From assembly GCF_006345805.1 (NCBI RefSeq), contig NC_043016.1, positions 18,662,001 through 18,726,000 on the forward strand: DNA of 64,000 nt, written 5' to 3'. Shown one piece after another: positions 53,193 to 64,000 of the stretch. The DNA comes from Octopus sinensis (lineage: Eukaryota). Position 1 is the stretch's first letter. Each line of letters starts with the position of its first letter. Made by a program: the position numbers and the translations under genes. Under the pieces are notes generated by a model that was not told where the DNA came from, searched no databases, and worked only from the letters and a program-made list of their open reading frames with translations.

Positions 53193-53629
53193 TGTTCCAT
53201 ATATGTTGGAATTTTGGAAATTTTGTGAGGATTTTCCCGATTGTTTATGCGTTGCAGAAGAATGAAGGGAAGCTTTTTAAGACAATGTTTTAAAAATCCA
53301 TGTCTTTTCAATGTTTGTCTCTCCCCTCGCAAAAACACATTCATCCTACCTTTGGAACAACAACCACTAAAATGATATATTCTTCTTTTTCATAATTTTC
53401 CGTCATTTCATCGTATTCTACATTCTGAAACATTTGTAAAGCGCGTTTATAAAAAAAATTATCCTCTCTTCCCTCCTTCATTGTACTTTTCACAATAAAG
53501 GAAAAGTCAAACATTTCAAGTGAATATATGAGAAAAGAAATTAGAATTTTGAAAAGTGGAATTTTCAGTCGTTTATCTAAACATTCTCTGCTACTTCACC
53601 AAATACAATTAAATGCGACAGATGGGTTT

Positions 53630-53732
53630 TGAGATATAAATTTAATAATTTTTCAAAATTTTAATTTTTGTGCGTGAGGAAGCCCCCGAATTTGAAGTAC
53701 TCCGGATCCCCTATTCTTTAAATCCGGTCCTG
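53630..53732 (-). mobile_element. hAT-like MITE end
   Basis: The minus strand starts CAGGACCGGATTTAAAGAATAGGGGATCCGGAG. About 100 bp inverted match to 54639-54735. Confidence 0.55.
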
Positions 53733-53756
53733 TATACACACACATAAACAGACAGC

Positions 53757-53758
53757 TA

Positions 53759-53826
<68 letters not shown>

Positions 53827-53858
53827 ATCTATCTATCTACTATCTATCTATCTATCTA

Positions 53859-53907
<49 letters not shown>

Positions 53908-53923
53908 CTCTCTCTCTCTCTCA

Positions 53924-53960
<37 letters not shown>
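53757..53960. repeat. (TATC)n/(TC)n/(TA)n compound microsatellite
   Basis: Directly visible. Confidence 0.9.
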
Positions 53961-54209
53961 AAGCACCAAGGATATCCAGAGGTAATGCAGCACGATCGTT
54001 TCATGCGACTCCATTTAATTGAACAATGCAAACATTACATCAATTAAAATGTAGAGCAATCTTCAGCTGCACAGAATATAGAATTTAATTAAATTCGAAG
54101 GACTCATTAGTATAATTTTTTCCAAAATCTCCAAGAGGATAAGGAGATAGACAAAGAACATGTTTTATATCAACATCACAGTTGTAACTGAAATTTTTTA
54201 AAAAAGACA

Positions 54210-54258
<49 letters not shown>

Positions 54259-54260
<2 letters not shown>

Positions 54261-54584
54261 ATTTTTATCAAGATACACTGGTTTAATATATTAAATTCTT
54301 CAATAGAATATATTATGTAGAATATCAAGCCTTTTTTTATCGAGTTAGGAGTCAGAAAGATCTAATGGATACAAATTAATTTGTATCCATTAGATCTCTC
54401 TGTTTTCTAACTAGCAGGATTGGTAATGTGGTAAGTAGCTTGTTTACCAGCCACATGGTTCTGGGTTCAGTCAGATCTCTCTCATTTCTACCTCGATAAA
54501 AATGTTTGATATTTTACGATATTCTACATAATATATTCATTGAAGAATTTAATATATTAAACCAGTGTATCTTGGAAAAAATCC
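54259..54584. repeat. Fold-back element in (TA)n with a central 40-bp perfect palindrome and a SINE A head fragment
   Basis: About 100-bp imperfect inverted arms (ggattttt..caagatacactggtttaatatattaaattcttcaat..). Palindrome at 54358-54397. SINE head at 54414-54472. Confidence 0.8.
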
Positions 54585-54638
54585 CTATATATATATATAA
54601 AGACCTATACATAGCTGCGTGTTTATGCGTCTGTATGC

Positions 54639-54735
54639 AGGACTGGATTTAAAGAATTGGGGGTCCGGGGCACTTCAAATTCGGTGGGCGTCCTCATACA
54701 TAAAAGTAAAAATTTGGAAAAATTATCAAATTATT
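54639..54735 (+). mobile_element. hAT-like MITE end, same family as 53630
   Basis: Starts CAGGACTGGATTTAAAGAATTGGGGTCCGGGG. Confidence 0.55.
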
Positions 54736-54739
54736 ATAT

Positions 54740-54822
<83 letters not shown>

Positions 54823-54862
54823 GTGTTTATATTTATATCTATATATGCATAAAATGTATATG

Positions 54863-57386
54863 GTGCAAGGAAAATTTGGTTCTGAAAATGCGGTCCCAGA
54901 AAATTCGGTCCCGAAAATTCAGTCCCAATAAAGTTGGTCCCAGACAATTTTTCAAATCGGTAACCAATCACTTCGCCCCTTATGAAGTTCGTTCGTCCAT
55001 ACGTCATTTCGCTCGCAGGATATCAAATATTTCCAATTTTAATAAACCCTAATATGGCTGCTAAAAATATTTTAAAAGTGAGTAAAACAAAAACAACGTG
55101 ATTGATAAACTTAATTATGTTTACAACTTTCATAAGTTTATTTCCGATGAGACAAGGAAACTGTGGTGCTTTGAGATTCGCAAGACGTTATGGACGTGTT
55201 CATACAGAAAATAAACCAGGTGAACCTATAATTATTTCAACAATCAATAGTCATGATCACGAACCAGCACCGTATGCAGTGGAAGCACGATTCACCATTT
55301 CAGCATTAAGAAAAAATGTTACAAGATGTAATTGAAACAAGTACTCGGGTGCATATTTCAGAAACTACAAATAATATTAGTGAAAATGCGAAATATGAAT
55401 TACCACGCTTGCAAACAGTTTCTAAAAGTATTGCAGACTGGCGCAGTAAAGCTTTTGCCTCTTTTTCAAACACGATTTCAAGTGCCTGATTCCTTTAAAT
55501 ACTTGGAAGGCGGTGCTTTGTTCCTGCAATGCGACACAGGCATTAATGATGAAAAGTGGATATTAAACTTTGCCTCTAACGAAGGTCTTCAACAACTGGA
55601 AAACACCTCATTTTTAGGAATGGCTGGCACATACAAATCCTCACCAAGTGCATGGTATCAACTTTACACCATTCATACTATCATAAATTGTAGATCTTAT
55701 CCTCGAGCTTTCATTCTACTGCCGGGCAAAACACAAGCAACATATGACAAGACTTTTCTTGAAATAAAAATAACTGCGCCCCAATTTTAAACCTCGTCAA
55801 GTATTGATTGACTTTGAACGGGCAATTCATAACAGCTGTAATCATAACTTTACTGGCAGCACCAGCGCAGGTTGTTTATTTTATTTTTTCCAGTCAGTTT
55901 ATAGGAAATTACGCCAACTCGGATATAAAGTTCAATACAGTACTTATGGTTCTTTTGCCACTAAAATGAAATGTTCTGCGCACTGGCATTTTTACCACCT
56001 GAAGAAGTAATTGATATGAAGATCTCTGTGTGGATGAATAAATTCTATTAGATTTTATAAGCTATTTCAAGCTGACATACATTGAACCAAAGGGAGGAAG
56101 ACGTGGCAGACGAGAAGAGCCCTTGATTCCCGTTAATGTTTACAGCCAAGTAATTCAGGAATTGCATCGGACAAACAATGCTCTTGAGGGGTTTCACTCA
56201 GCATTGTGCACATAAATAACAAACAAGCACTCAAACATCTGGAAGCTTATTGACGCTCTTCGAAATGAAGAATCCTTTACATAGACCAGAATAATTTATG
56301 CTCAGAGAGGAGATAATCCACAGAAAAAGAGAAAATACCTATCAATAAAAACCTTGTGCAATCTAATGATAGTAATGATAACTTTTCTAAAGGCAAATCC
56401 TCATTCATTAAATTCTTCGGTGTAAGATTCAGGGGCAGAATGTTTTCAGATCTGTTTTCCTAATTTTTTGCTTAATATGTTTGATAAAAGGAAATATCAT
56501 AGGCGCACATGGCGGAGGCGTAAATGGATCCCTCCCCCTTAATTTTTTTTAAGGAATCCCACGTTTTCGGATATGGAGATTCCGAATCTGAAAAAAAAAT
56601 TTCTAAATTTCAGGTGAGTAGATTGATTACATATTTCTGTCATTATGTTATTGCTGTTTTGTGAGATTTGGCTGTTATTTCTAGGATGTGGATAGCATGG
56701 TTGAACGCCAAGGCCGTAGAATCGGGAGGGGAGAAGTTGGGGTAATTCTTTTTTTTTAAGTTGAAATTTTACAAATATTTTTTTCACAATAATAATCTCC
56801 GTATTTTTCTACGTATTTCACACACACAAAAAAAAGATTTCCGGAAAAGGTGAAAGATGGAAAAAATGGGTGAATGTGGGGGTGTCGATTGAAAAGTTCC
56901 GATTTTAAAAAATGTTTTTTCAGAATCGGGATTTCCATAGCCAAAAACGTGGGATTCCCTAAAAAAAAAAATCTAAAGCGGTAGAGGGTCCGTTTATGTC
57001 TCCGCAATGTACGCCATATCGTATACGTTTGATGTTACCCTTATTTTTCCGCTAATTTATACATGTGATTTTAATATTTTTATCAATAAAATTATTCTGT
57101 TTTGTTTTTTTTTTATACTATTTAGTTAAATCAATATTTAACTAATTATATATATTAATTTTCTCGGACCCAATTTTCCTAATTTCTTGTGTAATGTCTG
57201 ATAAAAGGTAATATTATAAATATATTTTTTGCTGTTTTATACATTGGTTTATTTATTTTTTTTTTTCAATAAAATTACTCTTCTATTTAGTTATGTATTT
57301 TTTTAATATTTGTTTATTAGTCTTTTCATGTCAAGTTACTATAATTTCTGAGACCGAATTTCCCGGGCCCGAATTTTCTGTCCACC
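54863..57386 (+). mobile_element. Mutator-like (MULE) DNA transposon, pseudogenised
   Basis: TSD ATGTATATG at 54854-54862 and 57387-57395. TIRs with repeated AAAATTCGGTCC motifs. Transposase remnants: NSHDHEP, AGTYKSSP..YQLYTIH..FILLPGKTQATY, IDFERAIHN, GCLFYFFQSVYRK, HRTNNALEGFHS, NIWKLIDAL. The first catalytic D appears lost. Confidence 0.85.
56498..57018. mobile_element. MITE nested in the MULE
   Basis: About 105-bp imperfect TIRs (ggcgcacatggcggagg..ggaatcccacgtttt..tctgaaaaaaa). TSD not resolved. Confidence 0.7.
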
Positions 57387-57989
57387 ATGTATATGATATA
57401 TAACTGCATATATAAATATGGATTGATGCAAAGAATTTTTAAATACAACTACAAACGGTTACAATGACTTTCCTACGCACAAACATTTTCTATGAAACAT
57501 GCCCGTAAGTTCCTACTTTGCGTTGCTGATACACATTACGCACAAGAAAAAGTTCCATCTACTCACTCTTTAACATCTCTTTTGCTCTCTTCCAATTTCT
57601 ATTTATTTACTTTGAAACACAGAATCAAATTAAAAAAAGAAGGTTTTTTGAGAAAATCTTGGCCAGTTGGAGTAGATTAAATTTCTTTTCTTAATCAAAT
57701 TGCAACAACTTTTAATCGGATAAACCCTGATTGGTACTGTGCATCTAACGTTCTTTCAAATGTTTACGTGCAATTATTTTGGAAGTTATCTGACGTTGGA
57801 TCTCAGAAGAGAAGAAGAAAAACAAATACAGAGGTTCATGATGCCCAACCCTAAACCTCCGCACATATATTCTGTTAACGTCTTCAAAGTTTCATTTTTA
57901 ACTCGTCTTAATTTCAGTTCACAAACACGTACACACACGCACATCACACGAAAGTATACATACAAACGTATGTAAGAGCGTTCGTACGT

Positions 57990-58121
57990 ACATACGTATA
58001 TATACACACACACACGCACAGCGCATACACACAACACATATATATGTGTGTGCGTATATATATATGTTCATATATATGAATATATATATGTATATATTTG
58101 TATATATATATATATATATAA

Positions 58122-58157
<36 letters not shown>

Positions 58158-58365
58158 GTATATAAACATTTACTGATTATATATAATAATATATTTTGTT
58201 TTTTTATTTTTAGTGATTAATTAGTTCTGACTTAGAACAAAACAAAATACACATATATATACATATACAAACATACACCACGTACCTATGCTGGCATGTA
58301 GAATTATCTCTCCCTTTCAATATATGCATACATATGTAATATATATATAATATACTAATATATAT

Positions 58366-58402
<37 letters not shown>

Positions 58403-58760
58403 CATAAACATATAGACATACATATACGTATACATACTCATGTATATCTGCCTATTTATATCTATGTCCTTATGTTTCTGTGTGTTTGTGTATTCGATAT
58501 TTTTTAAATTATGTTACTGGTTAATTAGTTGTGAGGTATAATGGAAATAAAGAACACACTTGCATATATATATATATATATATAATATATATATATATTA
58601 ATATAATATATATATATATATATATATATACACGCATGCGCATATATAAATATACATAATATATACAACACGCGTACAAAACACACACGTGTGTGTGTAT
58701 ATGTCCGTGTTTATGTGCGTGCGTGTGTGTATGTATGTATATGTGTGTGTGTGTATGCGT
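57990..58760. repeat. (TA)/(CA)-rich low-complexity tract
   Basis: Directly visible. Confidence 0.85.
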
Positions 58761-59272
58761 TGTTATTTGCTGGTGAGTCTAAATATAGGAAAACAATCCA
58801 AATTTATTAAATGAGACTAACTGATAGAAATATCAATTTATATGATATAATTGTACTAGATGATTATTTGGGTTGTTGTCATTGTTTAATAATAATTCTA
58901 ACATAGGTCTTGCCATTCATTTTTGTGGAAAGGTATTCATAACATCACGGAGATGACAAAGGAAAGTTAGTACTAATATATTTTGACTACGGACCAAAGT
59001 TCATCCTCGTCAGCATTTGGTACAATAAATATAAATATTTCCCAATTACTTACCTGCTATAATTATATATGGTGTTGTATAGTAACCACTTTCCATCTCC
59101 TACGTATGAAGTCCATAGTATAAGGCGTTTCAGTTGTGTTTCTGTTTTTTTTTTTCGATTGCATTTCTTTATTATTTTGAATGGTCTATTTTTTTATTCA
59201 AATAGATTTTATTTTATTTTTACCTTTTTATCATCTTGATGGTGTGCACACAAATGTACTCAAGAATATATA

Positions 59273-60009
59273 CAAGGTGCATTCAACAAGTATGCAAGAT
59301 GACCGAACACATCGAGTAGAGACCATGAGTCCGTCTCATCCCCAGTGATCATGGTCTTCCAGATGCCTGGTTCGTGGTTTGCACATTCCAGCATGTTCTG
59401 AGTGATTTCCATGCTGAGTTGCTTCGGCTGAGCCGCCAGCGTCTTGAGAACGACAATTTCCGTGTGCATAATCTTCCGTTATAATGGAATGTACTGATCT
59501 TGTGTTTATTTCCACTTTGTGAGCAATTTCTTGCATTGCTACACGACATTTCTCCAAGGATATTCGACGAAACTTCTCAATCAGCTCCTCGCTCAAACTT
59601 GCGGATCGCCTACCTGAGAGCGCGCCTTACTGTCCCCTGAGATGGCGGCCATGTTTGAAGCAGTTGTACCACTCCTTCATCTGAGTTTTGTTCATCGTAT
59701 CATCGTCAAAGGCCCACTGAACCTTCTAGTTTGTTTGAGTGTGAGTATCACCGGCTTTTTGGCAAAACTGTGTGTGTATATGTCCGTCTACTCAATGCGT
59801 TCGGTGAAAACGAAAATCCAACAATCGCACACCTCTTATCTGTATTCTAGGCGTAATTGATTGGAAGTGACAGGGCCTACCGGTGCGAAAATTATCACGC
59901 ATGCACAGTAAAGGAAAAAGTTGCTTCACCTCTCCCAGAAAGGATTTTGTCCAAACGTCGTTAGTTTGGGCGGGAAAAATAAAGTCGGATGCTTTGGGAA
60001 CGCATCTCG
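59273..60009 (-). mobile_element. Mariner (Tc1/mariner) element, internally deleted, both TIRs present
   Basis: TA at 59271-72 and 60010-11. Imperfect TIRs CAAGGTGCATTCAACAAGTAT / CGAGATGCGTTCCCAAAGCAT. Minus-strand remnants KEWYNCFKHGR, EIAHKVEI..SVHSIITE, NMLEC..MITGDET. Confidence 0.85.
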
Positions 60010-60294
60010 TATACTTTGTCAATAGACACAGATAAACTTAGGCAATGCCATTTTAATTTACTGAGGTAAGATATTTAATTACAGAAAAACATCTAGATGT
60101 CACCAGCGGTACATCAAATATTTCGGTCACTATCCCCCACATCCGCCGTTATGCAACAGTTATTCTTTTAGCAACAGAATAAATAGGTGCCGTCAAGAGT
60201 GGTTGCGTATAAAACAGTAACGAGCAAAGGAAAGAAGTACTTTTATATGTAAATAAGAAATATCTGTACAATGTATATGCCCACCATTCTCTCT

Positions 60295-60347
<53 letters not shown>

Positions 60348-60355
60348 ATATATAG

Positions 60356-60418
60356 AATAATAAAATATTAGGGAATAAATCCAAACTACAGGGAAAAACC
60401 AGATTTATCTCTAATTTA

Positions 60419-60427
<9 letters not shown>
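60356..60427. repeat. Rearranged derivative of the 29522 repeat
   Basis: First ~50 bp is direct. 60408-60427 is the reverse complement of the segment at about 29605-29624. Confidence 0.65.
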
Positions 60428-60471
<44 letters not shown>

Positions 60472-60549
60472 GTGTGTCTGTATGAGATATACACAACATA
60501 CTACATACATACATACATAACATACATACATAAATACATAAACCATATA

Positions 60550-61040
60550 CTAGTAGAGGTACCCGGCGTTGCCCTGCATAACTTTCAATGGTGTAGTCGT
60601 TCAAATGGACCAAAAGACTTCCATCAAACACGACTATAGAAATAATAATTTACTGGTGTTGGCCCTAGAAATATCTCTGTGGCGGTGCTGCCAGCAAGGA
60701 TGAATCCGATGGTAACAATTTAATCTTGCTGGCCCTAGAGAGAGCCTTGGATCGTTCACTCTTAAAAGTCTCAGCGGTGGTGCTGCCAGCAAAGATGAAT
60801 TCAGTGATAACAATTTATGGTTGGTGACCCTGATGTAGACCTCTTAACGTTCACTTTGAATTATCTCAGCGGCGGACTGCCAGCAAAGATGAATCCAATG
60901 GTAACAATTTAAACTTGATGGCCCTGAAGTGGACCTTTTATCGTTCACGCTTTAAAGTCCCAGCGGCAGAGCTGTCAGTAAAGAAGACTCTGATTAGAGT
61001 TGGTAGCCCTTAAGAAGTCCTTCACACAACTTTGGTGTGT
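60550..61040 (-). mobile_element. Helitron 3' end with an internal 94-95-bp minisatellite (about 4 units)
   Basis: + strand A|CTAG-TAGAGGTA-CCCGGCGTTGCCC resembles the 18064 terminus. The motif ctg(c/t)cag recurs at 60688, 60783, 60877 and 60972. 5' end not located (gap at 61649). Confidence 0.6.
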
Positions 61041-61648
61041 TGTATTTGCTTTGTTCTTTGAGATTGTAACCTAGAAAAGCATGTAAAAGTAACCTAGAAA
61101 AGCATAAAAACGGTCTTGGCAAGCTCACGCTGGAATGTCAAAGAAATTGTAAATAAGATGTAGGAAAAAGTAGATTAAGTTAAAGCTACGAAATATCGAT
61201 AGCAAAGCGTGATTGCAACATATAAATGCGGAAAACAGAGACATTGAACATTTATAATGTATAAAAAAAGCAGCCTCAGAGGCATATGTGGTATTGTCAA
61301 AAGGACAAAAATAGCACACAAATACAGCAAATGTAAGCACTTATACAAAATAAAAACAGCAATTACTTGTTGGCGGATTGGGCGCCTACAAAACTTCCTT
61401 ATAGACTATATTTTGGGTTTTCTCGCGAGTTGCAAAAGCAAATAGGTTATGTCGGCTCCCCTCTCGAGCGCAGCCAACATATAGTTGACCATGAAAAAAG
61501 CACGGTTCTTCTGAATTAAGCCCTACGACCATCAGCATCTGACTCTGTGATTTGTTAATCGACATAGCGAAACTGAACCTGAGAGGGAATTGTAGCCTTC
61601 TGAATGTGAAAGGAATGTCTTTACCGGATGGAAGGAAATGTATTTGGT

Positions 61649-61748
61649 NNNNNNNNNNNNNNNNNNNNNNNNNNNNNNNNNNNNNNNNNNNNNNNNNNNN
61701 NNNNNNNNNNNNNNNNNNNNNNNNNNNNNNNNNNNNNNNNNNNNNNNN
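61649..61748. other. Assembly gap (100 N)
   Basis: Run of exactly 100 N, probably a placeholder of unknown true size. Confidence 0.98.
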
Positions 61749-62207
61749 GTATGTATGTATGTATGTATGTATGTATGTATGTATGTATTATGTATGTATG
61801 TATGTAAGTATGTATGCGTGCATGCCTTCATTATTGCATGCATGCATACGTACATACATGCACACACTTACGCGCGCACGAACACATACATACATATATA
61901 CAAACATGCATACACTCACACACTCAGATATGTACATACATACACTCTCATACACATTCACGTACATACATACTTACACACACATACAAACGTCCGTGTT
62001 TGTGTGTGTGTATGTCTGTCTGTTCCTCACCAGTGTCAACTGGTTCTAGTGTGATTACATTCCTGTGATTCATTGGTTCAGCAGAAAGAGTTGATAAAAT
62101 GATTGCCATGTTTTAAAATTAGGGTTGGCTCGTTCGACTAAACTTTCTAATGCAGTACACCCCCCACCTCGTCATCACAGCAGTCTAATGAGTAAAACAA
62201 GAAATAG

Positions 62208-62215
62208 ATAGATAA

Positions 62216-62314
<99 letters not shown>

Positions 62315-62409
62315 TGTAGGTAGGTAGGTAGGTAGGTAGGTAGGTAGGTAGATAGGTAGGTAGGTAGGTAGGTAGGTAGGTAGATAGATAGACAGACAGA
62401 CAAACAGAC

Positions 62410-62481
<72 letters not shown>

Positions 62482-62522
62482 GATAGACAGATTTGGATGG
62501 ATGGATGGATGGATGGATATTA

Positions 62523-62590
<68 letters not shown>
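62208..62590. repeat. (GATA)n/(GGTA)n/(GGAT)n/(TA)n/(GA)n compound microsatellite
   Basis: Directly visible. Confidence 0.95.
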
Positions 62591-62592
<2 letters not shown>

Positions 62593-63153
62593 AGTGAAGA
62601 ATAATATATAAAAGATAAGTATTTATACAGACATTGGCGTAGGTGTGGATGTGTAATAAAAGGAAAAGATATATACATATATACATAAATATAGTGAGAA
62701 AGGGAGAGAAAACAGAACACAGACATGCATATATATGTAGATAGTTAGTTAGGTAGGTAGGTATGCATGTATATATGTATATATGTATTATGTGGATATT
62801 TGTGTATGTATGCACGTAAGCATGCGCGCATTTATGTATGTATGTATGTATGTATGTATGTATGTATGTATGTATGTATGTATGTATGTATGTATGTATG
62901 TATGTATACATATGCGTCATTTATGCAAATGTTTGTAATTAAATTCATCTCTATTCGTTTCATTATAATGTTAAAATAACGTTCTGAATTGATACACATT
63001 GTCAGGAAATTATGTCATCTATTTAAGATCGCATTGTACGCATGTATTTCTACGGACACACAAATACATACTATCCAGAAGCATATATTATATATATATA
63101 TATATTATATATATATATATTTATATATATATATATAATATAATATATATTAT

Positions 63154-63235
<82 letters not shown>

Positions 63236-63685
63236 GAAGTAAAGAAACTAACTGAGAAAATGTTCACACAGAAATAGAAGCGTTATACAATGAGACAAAC
63301 ACACAGACACATGCCAGACAACACGCACTCAAATATTCTCATGTATCATATTATATAGCTATGATATCCATGAACCTGCTCCTCGCAGGAACATGCTCAA
63401 AGATAACTTTAGCATGTCGTTGGTATAAATATTTAGTCCAAAGTCAAGTAATGAAACAAGTATACTTAGCGTCTAAAACGATCCAACCGTGGTCTTCACG
63501 TGTTATTTCGGTTGTTTTAGAAAAAATATAAAATCTACTTGAAACGATATTTGGACGTACTTTCAGGGATACTTGATGTTATTTTGGGCTGGCAAGAGTT
63601 GTGGAGAGGTTGTATGTTTACGTGCGCGTATAAACATGTGTGTGTACACACACACACACGTACTACATACAGATACACACACGCG

Positions 63686-63749
<64 letters not shown>

Positions 63750-63752
63750 CTA

Positions 63753-63904
63753 CTTATTTAAAGCAGCAGAAAATTCAACAAAATCTGTTACTCTGAGTTT
63801 CTCGTTGCCGTTCATCAGACAGTTTTTGCTAGCAAAAACTGATGAACGGCAACGAGAAACTCAGAGTAACAGATTTTGTTGAATTTTCTGCTGCTTTAAA
63901 TAAG
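63753..63904. repeat. Near-perfect palindrome, arms of 78 and 74 bp with no spacer
   Basis: Centre between 63830 and 63831 (GCT|AGC). The arms differ only by a 4-nt indel. Confidence 0.95.
63780..63828 (-). ncRNA. Type I hammerhead ribozyme motif (Penelope pseudo-LTR type)
   Basis: Minus strand CAAAAACTGT-CTGATGA-ACG GCAA CGA-GAAA-CTC A GAG-TA-ACAGATTTT. Stem I CUGU/ACAG, stem II CG/CG with a GCAA tetraloop, palindromic stem III ACUC(A)GAGU, GUA triplet. The stem II closing pair is A.A (non-canonical). Confidence 0.6.
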
Positions 63905-64000
63905 CATATTACTCTACCACTGGTATTTGAGTACTCTTTTTTCCACCTTGTTCACATTTATGTGGTTACTCCGGATATATATATATTATATATATATATA

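Noticed and set aside
60640-61030. Regularly spaced repeats as a CRISPR array
   Set aside because: Whole units are homologous with no unique spacers, the context is eukaryotic, and there are no cas genes.

Overview
AT-rich eukaryotic genomic DNA packed with microsatellites [(TA)n, (CA)n, (TATC)n, (TATG)n, (TAA)n] and decayed transposable elements. The microsatellite density and SINE types suggest a coleoid cephalopod, probably Octopus (inference, not verified by search). I found no recognisable host protein-coding exon, tRNA or rRNA gene, and nearly all ORFs in the supplied track are translations of simple repeats or TE fragments. Retroelements: a 3.7-kb CR1-group LINE (APE+RT, frameshifted); four fragments of R4/Dong-type (restriction-like endonuclease) LINEs; three L1/Tx1-type fragments; RTE fragments; two Penelope-type GIY-YIG fragments; three tRNA-derived SINE families. 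DNA elements: three non-autonomous Helitron families, a Chapaev3-like transposon with both ends, and pogo/Tigger, MULE, mariner and MITE remnants. No element has an intact ORF. The most interesting signals are (1) two Penelope-type minimal hammerhead ribozyme motifs, one in a back-to-back palindrome; (2) different LINE lineages each sitting in a different microsatellite class [Tx1 in (TATC)n, one R4 family in (CATA)n, another in (TAA)n]; (3) a CR1 LINE and a SINE family sharing a 3' tail and stem-loop; (4) several perfect or near-perfect fold-back structures. These are hypotheses from one window read by eye; no new biological system is established.
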